A stretch of 64,000 bases of DNA, taken from NCBI RefSeq assembly GCF_009914755.1, contig NC_060926.1; one strand, given 5' to 3'. Position numbers and translations under genes: made by a program. Positions 52,513 to 64,000 of the stretch are shown piece by piece. Position 1 is the stretch's first letter. Each line of letters begins with the position of its first letter. Under the pieces are notes generated by a model. That model was not told the origin of the DNA. It saw only the letters and a program-made list of their open reading frames with translations, and ran no database searches. This DNA comes from the human T2T-CHM13v2.0 reference genome, Homo sapiens.

Positions 52513-52945
52513 ATTTTACATATATCAATTACATGTATCAATTATATAATTTTGTTATATATATATATATAATGGAATACTACTCAGCCACATAAAAGGA
52601 ATAAAATAATGTCTTTTGTAGCAACTTGGATAAAGCCGGAGGCCATTATTCTAAGTAAAGTAACGTAGGAGTGGAAAATCAAAAACTGCATATTTGCACT
52701 TATAAGTGAGAACTAAGCTATGAATATGCAAAGGGATTCAGGGTGGTATAATAAACTTTAAAGACTCAGAAGTGGGAGGGTAGGAGGAGGGCTAGGGATA
52801 AAAAAAAACCTACCAATTGAGCACAATGTACATTACTTGGGTGATGAGTGCACCAAAATCTCAGACTTCACCACCATGTAATTCATCCATGTAACAAAAA
52901 ACCACTTGTACCCCAAAAGCTATTGAAATAAAAATGTTTAAAAAA
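51969..52945 (+). mobile_element. L1PB (PB1-like) 3' ~1 kb with internal (TA)n at ~52471-52570
   Basis: Ends CTTGTACCCCAAAAGCTATTGAAATAAAAA; TSD ATTATGGAGTTC at 51957-51968 and 52947-52958. Confidence 0.93.
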
Positions 52946-53202
52946 CATTATGGAGTTCCTTTAGATATGTAAATAACATCTTTTTTAATGTTGTGCTTTT
53001 GAGTTAATTCATTGATAATGCGTGATGTTAATTTTAATTTTCTCATTTAACAGAGCAATGTTTTAATTTTTTTAAGTTTGTTAACTTTTTGCTAGTAATT
53101 TCCTGTTTTATTACAGTGTGATCAGCACAGAAACAGTACAAGGGACCTGAGGAGATATGGGGGGAGCACCAGCAGTGTCTGCTGTAAGGAAAACTGTTTT
53201 GA

Positions 53203-53579
<377 letters not shown>

Positions 53580-53979
53580 TCCCTTTTCTATAAACAGAGA
53601 CAAAAGCGTTCATTTCAGCAACTACCCACATTTCTGTTACTGGTGGATGCTGGGTCAAGTACAGCAAAGGCTCACATGTGAGTTTTTTCTTCTGGAAAAT
53701 CTCCTGGAATCTCCTGATGGCCACCTGCCATCGTCAGTAAATCATGGAGATTTCTATACTAGCTGGTAATCAGACTCGTGTACAGAGTAGTCCCAGGCCT
53801 GGAACTTTATTTCATCAGCATCTTCCTGTCTCTTCTCTTCTGGGGCCTTTGGATATTCTTGCCTGAATTAGGACATGGAATTGGAAATTGGGTGATTTAA
53901 TCTGTTAAAATAAACAAAAGCAAAGTGTGTGGTCTTTAAAATATATCATGTAATGTAATTAAGAAAATAGCTAATAATT

Positions 53980-54990
53980 TTTATTCATTTTTACTCAATT
54001 CCACCGATTGTAATAGAATCTCTATTATATGTCAGGCACAGTGTTAGGCAAAGGGAGTAAAATAGTTGAAAAGGTCCATCCATTTCACTTGTGAGAGAGA
54101 ATTTGGTGGGGCAGGGCTGGGAAAGGTTTGTGTAGAAGCGGGTGGAAACTGAATGCTCTGTGGATGGCGGTGCTTTCCCATCCTGGCACAACTGATGATC
54201 TGGGGTGATTAATGGGGAGAGGAGACAGGGAGATGTAAGAACAAATCATGGAAGTCTTTATGAGCCATGATTAGAAAATTGAATTTAAAGCGTTACAAAG
54301 TCATTAACATTTTAAATGAGGAAGTATCATGACCAATGTGTATTAATGTGCTTGGGCTGCCACAACTAAATACTACAGATTGGGTGACTTAACAGCAGAA
54401 ATGTATTTTCTCATCCTTCCGAAAGGAGGAAGTCCAATATCAGAGTGCCACCACTGTCGGTTCCTGGTGAAGACTCTCTTCCTGGCTTGCAGATGGCGAA
54501 GTTTTCTCTGCACCCTCACACGGTGGAGAGAAAGCGAGCTCTCTGGTGTCTGTTACGAGGACACCGATCCTATCAGATCAGGGACCCACTCTTCTGACCT
54601 CATGTAACCTAATTACATCCAAAAAGCCTTGTTCCAATATAGAGTCATATTGGTGGTTAGGGTTTCAACATACGAATTTTAAGGGGACAAAATTCAGTGG
54701 ACAGCAAACTGTGGACTTAGTTGTAAATTGTTAACGGCATTGTGGACAATAAATATTTAAAAAGCAGCAGTTGACAGGAAGATTAATGATTATTGCAGCA
54801 ATCTGGGTGGAAATGACAGATAACTTTACAATAGTGGCAGCAGGAATGGAAACAGAAAAAGGACAGAACTAATAGAATTTTGAAAAATAGACTAAAAAAT
54901 TCAAGGCCAATGTGGGCTGGTGTAAAACGGGGGAAAGCTGGAGAGGTGGAAGATTGATTATTCCCAAGTTTCTGATTTGATTGATTCAAT
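53980..54990 (-). mobile_element. L2 fragments split by an MLT1A LTR
   Basis: TTCATT tail, TATATGTCAGGCACAGTGTTAGGC; resumes after the LTR with ATTGCAGCAATCTGGGTG..ACAATAGTGGCAG. Confidence 0.65.
54339..54706 (-). mobile_element. MLT1A-type MaLR LTR
   Basis: TGTATT..GGGCTGCCACAACTAAATACTACAGATTGGGTGACTTAA...GGGTTTCAACATACGAATTTT..GGGGACAAAATTCAG. Confidence 0.88.
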
Positions 54991-55049
54991 GTATGAATTT
55001 TTAAAGCAAGATTTCCCATACATTTTAATTATGGAAAGTCATTATTTTA

Positions 55050-58000
55050 TGACAAGCACAATTCAAAATAACCTTTCCCAAAATATAATGATACAAATTT
55101 ATAAAAGTAGCTATTAAAAGAAAATTAAATAAAATAAGAATTCAAATAAAGATATTAGAAAAAGAAGAGGACAGATTTACATAAAGAAAATAAAATAGTA
55201 AACACAAAACAGGATACTGAGAATTGAAGAACAAAACCAAGAAGATTTGATGAATAAAACCAAGAGATAATTTTTAAAAATCAGTAAAATAGATAAATAG
55301 ATGATGATCCAATTAAAGAGAGAACACAAGCAAAAATACAACTATAAATGAGGGTGCAATAATAGATATAGATGAGATTAAAAATTATAATAAAATAATT
55401 TTTTACTTTCTTATGATATATCAATGTTATTTTTCTTAAAAATATAAATATACAAAATTGAATCAAGAAACAGAAAATCTATATAGAACAATAAACATGA
55501 TAGATATTAAAGATTTATTACATATATCTTTAATAAAAGCTCTAGGACAAATTGGTTTTACAAGTGATTTATTTCAAACTTTAAAAACACTCAATTGATA
55601 AACTGCTCTGAAGCATAGATGAATATGGAAAGTCTCTAAATTAATTTATAAAACTATTATAATCCTGATTTTAAGGAAAAGAAAATTGTTAGAGATAATA
55701 CCCAAACAATAAATCATAGATGTCTCTCACTTTTAAGTTACAGATATAAAATTCTCAGATATAATACCAGCAAACCAAAATTAATAGTGCATTTAAAAAT
55801 GCACAATGGCCTTGACCGTATTCTTAGTGAGTTTGTTTTTATCACATATGTTTCTAAAAGGTTTTCTATTTTATTTAAGTTCAAACTTACTGGTACATAG
55901 TTATTCCTATTCTCTTACAGTATCTACAGCACATTCTAGTTTTTGGTAATATGTTCAGCATTTAATTTTTTATTCCTGGTGAGTTTTTTTATATTTTATT
56001 AGGCTTTGGAAAGAATAACTGTTACTAATACTTGGGTTCTTGCTTTATATTACTGTTTTGTTTGTTTATTGAAAATTATTGTTTACTTTGACTTTCCTGA
56101 GTTGTTATTTCACTTTTCTTCATTAGTAGCTCATTTGTTGTCAGTTTTTTAAAATTTTTTACCTTATGCATTTGGCCTTGTATTTTAAAATACTATTTTA
56201 ATTACATCTCACAATTTTAAGCTGTAGTGATATATTCTGTTCATTTAAAAATATTCTTTCCATTTTTATTTTCTCTTTAACATATGAGTTATTAAAATGA
56301 GTTAATATCAAATCTCATATACTTTTAACATTTATGTTTTAATATTTATACTCAATAAAATTTAGTCTTTATGAAAATATTTTATCTTCTTAACTCACTG
56401 TTGCTTTTATTCTGACAGTCATTTAGCTGAATAACATCCTTTAGTATATGTATTATTGAATGTATGTTATCATTTAGGAACTGTGTTGTTTTAACTTTCA
56501 AGTTGAGTTAAGCAATTTAACTGAAATTAATGTTTGTACGTGATGTACATAATGTGAAGTAGGTGTCAATATTCACATTTTCTAACATAAAATTCCATTT
56601 GACCTAGAACCATTTATTGAAAAGGCTGCCTTTTCCCTATGGCTATGCAGAGCCACTTTATTATAAATAAATTCTCATATATATGAGAGTCTATTTCTGA
56701 ATCTCAATTGGCTCCACTAGGTTCTTTGTCTATCCTAAAGCCAGTGCTGCAGCACTGTAGCTACATACTGTAGCTTTCTAATAATTCTTTCTGTCTGGTT
56801 ATACCATTTCTCCAATTTTGTTTATTCTTCAAAATTACCATAACTTTTTCTCTTTTGCAGTTCCATTTTAATGTTAATATTAGCTTGTCAATTTTCTCTG
56901 AAGAACAATACAAAATAAAGAATCAAAAATAATCTCTCCTATCATGATTTTGATTGCAATGAATCTTTCAATGGATATGGGGAGAATTGATATCTTTATA
57001 ATGTTGGGCCTTCCAATCAATGATATGGTATATCCCCTTATTTATATATCTTCTTTTGTTTATCTCTATAATGTTTCACAGCTTTCTGTATATAATCCTT
57101 ATATACCTCTTATATACTTATGTGTTTGATATTTTTCATGCTATTCTAATGGAATACATTTTTAAATTTCATTAACAAATTTTTATTGTTCATATATGAA
57201 AATACAGTTTTTGTATATTGATCTACTCAGAGACCTCACTAAAATCATTTACTACTTCTATAGCTTATTGGTAGAGCCTGAGTTTTTTCATCTACAAAAA
57301 TCATGTAAATTGCAAATAATAAAAAATTTATTTTTATTAAAACTTTTATCAGTTATTTATTTATTTTTTTTGTCTAAATGTATTGCCTAGGACCTCCAAT
57401 ACAATATTAAATAAATAGTGACAGTAGGCATCTCGATCTCATTTTCACTCTCTTGGGAAATTGTTCTGTTTTTTACATTGAATGTGACACTTACTGACAT
57501 ATTTTAGTAGAATACCTTTAACAGGTTAAGGTTATCTATTTCAGATTCTAGATTACTAAGATTTTTTAAAAATATAAATGAGTATTTGATTTTATCAAAT
57601 GTACATTCAAAAATGAGTTAGTCAGTTTAATGCCAATGACTGAACTGTATACATTTTAAAGCAAATTATAAACATGAAAATTGACTCAAGAAGAAATAAA
57701 AATCCTCAAATGTTACCATCGAATAACTTTATAGTTAAAATGTTCAGTCACCAACAACCCCACTCCACACATTCCCCAGGCCTATTTTACCTCCTACCAA
57801 GGAACAATAACTATTAAATAATAGAAAATATTACAGAGACTAGGAAAAGAGGGAAACTGACCGGCACTTTTGATAAGACTATTACAGTCTTGAAACCAAA
57901 GCTGGTCACAGCTCATTCAAGTTAGGAAACACAAGGCAAGTCCCTTTGAACACCTATCTGATTGTGTTGGAATTTATGTCTTAAGCCTCATATCTCTTGG

Positions 58001-58300
58001 ATTCTATTTTCCATTTTGCACAGCTCTCCTGCATTCTGGATGGTTCTTTTGATTTTTGTATTGGTTAATCAATTGTTAAGCCAAGATGCTGAATTCCCTG
58101 CCCCTCAGTTTTAGCCCCTTTATTTTTATTTTTAGATTTGCCTATTATGTTTTTATTCTATTATATTCTTACATTGTACCTTTCCTTTCTTAATTTGCTT
58201 TTTGAAACACTTTAAATATTCCTAATTAAAGTATCTTCTTTGGGTACAAATTCCCATGTCTTTTGCCATTGCTGATGATACCACATGGCAGTTTTTTTCT
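55050..58300. mobile_element. Cluster of old L1M fragments in alternating orientation (+ ~55050-55810, - ~55810-57600, + ~57640-57950, - beyond)
   Basis: Alternating A-rich and T-rich blocks with L1 ORF2 motifs (GGGGAGAATTGATATCTTTATAATGTTG, GACCTCCAATACAATATTAAATA, AAATTGACTCAAGAAGAAATA). Confidence 0.7.
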
Positions 58301-59669
58301 GTGGTTTCTAATATCCAGTGGAGTTCGTTTTTGTGGGAATCCTGAGTGTAGAATGATTTGTAGAAGCAGTCATCTGGAGATCCATGAGATTAATCAGGAC
58401 CAGGTCCTTTCTGACAATAGTTTCCCAATCAGGAATTTTTACATCTTCTGAAAAGTATTCATAAGAGCTACATGGTAGTGTTCTTTACAGTTTTAGAGGT
58501 TTAATCTCTGCCTCTGTCTCCTCCTTGGTTAAGCCATCCTGCTCCTTGTCCAACAGGTGGAACATTTCTAGCCTCAGTACACAGGTAGCGTAGCTTCTGT
58601 TATGCTGGGCTTTGTGCAGTGAGGCCACTTCAGACTGCCTCGGAATACGTGGCCATATTTTTTTCATTTCTCCCACAGATATTTAAACCTCAGCTCCTGA
58701 ACCATGTATTCGATATAAGTACTCACAGGAATTTTTCTTGGCTTAAACTTTCACTCACAGCTGTAAAAATTTGAGTTCACTTGTCTTTTTTTTCTCTTAT
58801 TGGGAGAAGTGTGGAAGCGAGATGGAGCTAATTCTCAGCCTATCATCTTGCCTGATGTCTGGAGTATGAATTAATAAATACAATTTAAAAACAATATGCT
58901 TCTCTCATTTGTAAAACGTCCTTTGTTTATTTTGCAAATAGGTGAATTAACTAATGGATATCTGTGTCCCTGAACAAGATAATGAAATTGTTCACGATTC
59001 AGTTTACAGTTTATTAGGTACTTAGTGCATTTAGCACGTCAGATGCACCACATTAAAAGAAATAACAGCAAATTCACAACCACAAATGCCTTCCTAATCC
59101 ACTTGTCCCACTAGAGCTCATAGAAAAGGCCTTTGAAGTAAAAATTAATGGTGACTTTGTTTAGTTGTGGATGTCTAAAATCAATGCCCCAAGAAAAGTT
59201 TCCTAAGTTGAAGGAATGAAAGGAGCTTTTCTTCACTTAGCTTCTCCTTCTGAAATGCATTTTGCACCTGCTCTGGTTAGAATATCCTGGGCCCCAAATC
59301 TTTGTTCTCTATGGAATACTCACATGCTTCCTCCATTATTTAGGGGTGGGGGCCTGTCTTCCTGATAATTGGTGGGTCTGATCAGCATCTGGGGAGCTAT
59401 CCAGACGGCCTACAACCCAGAAAGAGTTGTCTGGAGTATAAAGTATTGGCTTTTAATGTGGATAAACCAAAATCAATAAGTAAACCAGTCTTTTTTCTTT
59501 CTTGTGTGTGTATGTGTGTATGCATTCATGTACTCATGCACGGCAGTCCTGCAGTATTAAAGGAATTGGCATCTGTAATAAAGTTAGAGCTTTCCGATCT
59601 AACTGGGACTTCTGTCTCACTATACTCAAGGCTAAGCCTGTCTCTAAATGCTTCAGTTGGTCATCACGG

Positions 59670-59790
59670 GCTCTGCAAATTGGATAAGACCTTAGAGATC
59701 AACTCATTTATCAATCTCTCTGTATAGACGGAGAAACTGAGGACCAGTGAGGGGAAAGTTCTACAGGTCCCAGAGGATCAAAGTTTAAAT
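59670..59790 (-). mobile_element. MIR3-like SINE
   Basis: AGACCTTAGAGATCA..ATAGACGGAGAAACTGAGGACCAGTGAGGGGAA. Confidence 0.7.
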
Positions 59791-60013
59791 GTGGTTGTTC
59801 TGAAAGGAAAGAAAGGAGCGTGCCTTCTTGAGCATTTAGATCACACATTGGATGCGTGACTAGGAAAACAGCTACTGGGAAGATGCTTTGTTGACTTCTT
59901 TCTTTGTGTGTCAGTCAGTTACCTCTTCTTTTCACCAGAGAAAGAAAAGCAAATCCTAATTATGACTCCTTTGCCTTGCAATGAGACCAGATTAATAATA
60001 ACAGCCACCTTAG

Positions 60014-60362
60014 TGTATTGGTTTTTTCTCACACTGCTGCAAGAACTACCTGAGACTGCGTAATTTATGAAGAAAAGAGATTTAATTGACTCATATTTCT
60101 GCAAGTTGTACAGGAAGCATAGCTGGGAGGCCTCAGGAAACTTACAGTCATGGAGGGAAGGTGAAGGGGAAGAAAGTGCCACACACTTTTAAACCATCAG
60201 ATCTTGTGAGAACTCTATTAGGAGATAGCACTAGGGAGATGGTTCTAAATCATTAGAAATCACTTCCATGATCCAATCACCTCCCATTAGGTCCCTCCCC
60301 CAACACTGGGGATTTCAATTCAACATGGGATTTGGGTGGGGACACAGAACCAAACCGTATCA
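60014..60362 (-). mobile_element. MSTA solo LTR with internal deletion
   Basis: AACTACCTGAGACTG..TAATTTATGAAGAAAAGAG...GGGGACACAGAACCAAACCGTATCA. Confidence 0.92.
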
Positions 60363-60730
60363 CTTGAGCTGGCATTGATTGTGCTCTAGGGATGTGGATT
60401 CAGGGTTTTCCAGGTCACCTGCAAATGCTACTTAAGGTCTCAATATTTTATTCCCATAGGACAAAATATTCCATATTCCTAGGAAAGTCCAGCAAGTTCA
60501 AAGAGTAAATGCTGACTTCTAGGTGACAGATGAGACAATTTTCAGAAAGCTGGTTTAGATCAAGGGCAAAGGGAGAGAGTCTTCGAGCTCTGAGTGCCAA
60601 TCAGTGTGCTCCATGGCAGAGTGGATCAACATAGACTGACCCTCACACCTAGCTCTAATTGTCCGGTACCTGTTCCTTACACCAGCCAGTGTCTTAAACA
60701 TCTTGATATTTATTTGTTTTCCTGACCAGC

Positions 60731-61271
60731 TATTGAAAACTATACTCTTGATTTGTTTTAATCAGATAACGATAAGGCATGTAGGCACATAAATGACTGT
60801 CATGAGGGGTTTTCTCACAATTCTCTAGAAACAGGAGGCCTGGGCCACATGGGGAAGAACCAGGGCGGGGGGCGGGAGTCTCAGGCAGAGAAAGTCAAGG
60901 AAAGCAGAGTTCAGAGCCTTTGTTGTGGTTTCTGTGGGAAAGGCAAGGCATGCAGATTTAGAATGGGCTAGTTTGAATAATTTCAGTGGGCTCTGGGGCA
61001 TAGGAGCTGACCCTAATTGTCCAGTACCTGTTTCTGGGATAAGTAGGGCAGAAGAATACCACCTCCTGGAGTGTAAGAGCCAGATAGAGAAGGTGGTTGT
61101 GAGTACGGGCTCTGGATTGGTTGGTATACAGATGAAAGGTGCTCTCCTCAGCGAGTCTTCTGCTATCTCTAAGAATTAGCAAGCCCTGGGTGGGGCAGCC
61201 TCTTTCCAGTCAGTGAAACTCCAGATACCAGATTATCACTCATATAGAAAATAAAAAAATATAATTAATAC
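60731..61271 (-). mobile_element. ERVL LTR (MER74-like)
   Basis: GGCTAGTTTGAATAATTTCAGTGGGCTCTGGGGCATAGG and GGGCTCTGGATTGGTTGG; ends AAAATATAATTAATAC. Confidence 0.75.
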
Positions 61272-61699
61272 CTCAACACTGCTACTTCTGACCTTGTTCA
61301 GCCATCACTCATCCCTTACTCCCCTGCTCTCCCAGCCCTCATACCTCGTTCTAGCTTCTTCCCATCTTGGTTTTAAGCAAACTGTTCTATTTCTGGCATT
61401 TGCTTCAGCTAACTTGTTTTCTGAGAGTGAGCACCCCTGGATCTCCCACTATGCATACCTCTTGGCCCTTCTCTCTCTGATAAAAGTGCCTAGAGAGTGG
61501 GGCCCCTGAGTATATTGAGAGGAAGGAAGGACTCAGGATTGCCTGGGGCCGCAAAGCCATGCCTCACTTCAACAGTTGCACATGGCAGAAAGAGGGTAGC
61601 ATGATAAGAGACAAAAGGCATGAGGTAGAAGATATTAATTAGTATCAGGTAAGATGGTGGGGGGTGTAGTGTACATCTTACTTTTTCCCAAGAGAATAG

Positions 61700-61885
61700 C
61701 CTGCTTTGTTAAAAGATCTCAGAATTACTCCAATTAAGCCAACTTTCTTAGCCTTAGTTTCCCTTTTGTAAAATTAGGACAATAATATCAAATTTGCACA
61801 GTTTTATGAACATTCAATGGATGCAATGGACTGTTTATGTACATTTTGTAGCATACATCCTGGCTCATAGTTTGTAGTTGGTAAT
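61700..61885 (+). mobile_element. MIR SINE
   Basis: GCCTTAGTTTCCCTTTTGTAAAATTAGGACAATAATA..CCTGGCTCATAG. Confidence 0.65.
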
Positions 61886-62284
61886 TTTTTTTCAAATTTA
61901 GAGAATTAAATTTTTAAGACAATCTGTCTCTATTCCTTGTCTTGGGAGGCATCCAAAATGGAAACAACTATTCTAGCCACTGCAGCAACCTTATACCCCA
62001 TATTCCCAGGCAGAAGTATGGACGCTTCCAAACCTAACAATCTGGGCTCTGGTAATTCAGTCCACTAATGAAATTTCCATCAAATTCTGCTGTCCCAGCA
62101 TTTTCATCCAAGCTGAGGCATTCAAGACCTAATCTGTGCTTCCCACAGAGCTGAAGGGTGTTAGAGGCTGCTGGATCAGAGAATCTTCTGCGGCAGTCTT
62201 GGTCTACAACAAGCTGGACCTGGAAAAACAGGAAATTGGTATTATAATGGGTTAATTAAGATATGATGAGTTAATTAAGGAATC

Positions 62285-63110
<826 letters not shown>

Positions 63111-63118
63111 ATACTGCT

Positions 63119-63518
63119 TGCACTATTTTCTAGGGCTGCCATGATAAAATACCACAGACTTGCTGGCTTAACCGAAAATTTATTTTCTCACAGTTCTGGA
63201 GCCAAGAAGTCCAAGATCAAGGTTACGGCAGGGTTGGTTTTTGATAAGGATTCTCTCCTTGGCTTGCAGACAACCACCTTCTAGTCATATATGTATCTTT
63301 ATATGGGCTTTCCTTTATGTGTGTCTGTGTCCCAGTCTCCTCTTCTTATGAGGACGTAGTCATATTGGGTTATAACCTACCCTAAAGACCTCATTTTAAC
63401 TTAATTACCTCTTTGAAGACCCTATCTCCAAATATAACACATTGTGAGGCACTGGGGATTAGGATTTCAATTTCAACATATGAAGATTTTGGAGGTGGGC
63501 ACAATTCAGCCCATCACA
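63119..63518 (-). mobile_element. MLT1B-like MaLR LTR
   Basis: CTAGGGCTGCCATGATAAAATACCACAGACT..AAGTCCAAGATCAAGG..GACCCTATCTCCAAATA..ACAATTCAGCCCATCACA. Confidence 0.88.
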
Positions 63519-63719
63519 ATATTCTAGTTCCATTGTTGATTAATGAATTACCACAAAAATCAATAGCTTAAAACATTTATTTACTTCAGCTCACTGATTG
63601 CTGAGTGCATGTCCCTTTTCTATGAGGTCTGGGGCTGGAGGCTGAAATCAGTTGAAAACTCCGATTGTAGTCATTTCCCATGTGGTCTTCTAGAAGAAAC
63701 ACAACCTGTTTCATCACCT

Positions 63720-64000
63720 CACGAAGCTGGCCAGGATTTTGTGACTTCCTCTACAGAACAGAATATGGCCAAAGTGATATTGTGTAACTTTTGATGATAG
63801 CTCAGAAAAGGCAGTATGATGTCTCCCTTTCTCTCCCTTTCTTGTTCTCTCTCAGGACACTCATCCTTAGAACTCAGTTAATACTCACCTTGTAGTAACT
63901 GCACTAGGAAGTGCAAGGTAGCCCAAATTGAGGGGAACTGAGGCCCCCAACCAACAGCCAGTATCAGCCTCCAGACACTTGAGTGAACAAGCTTCAGATC
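63720..64000 (+). mobile_element. MLT1E/F-like MaLR LTR, runs off the window end
   Basis: TTGTGACTT..AACAGAATATGGCCAAAGTGAT..GAGGGGAACTGAGGCCCCCAACCAACAGCCAG. Confidence 0.7.

Overview
Primate (human or great-ape-like) genomic DNA, judged from AluJ/S/Y, L1PA, L1PB, THE1 and MST repeats and general CpG depletion. The only genic landmark is a CpG-island promoter at ~19.25-19.83 kb with a GC-rich non-coding first exon on the minus strand, ending at a GTGAGC splice donor (exon ~19480-19570). From memory this exon matches the 5' end of CYRIA/FAM49A mRNA; I could not verify that. If so, 1-19479 is intron 1 (MIR/L2-rich, no recognisable L1, LTRs antisense to the gene) and ~19.8-64 kb is upstream intergenic DNA, dense in L1, MaLR/ERVL LTRs, DNA transposons and Alus. 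No protein-coding exon is supportable: the listed ORFs are repeat-derived, GC-artefacts or chance ORFs. I found no convincing new biological system. The best observations are a 20-bp minisatellite born at a MER2 terminus/TSD junction, a tailless 35-nt U2 retrocopy, an MSTA LTR with an intact splice donor pointing at the gene, a possible antisense exon at the promoter, an ancient local duplication containing a candidate 30-nt micro-exon, and an inverted L1PB pair. Repeat names come from recalled consensus sequences; boundaries without a stated TSD are approximate.
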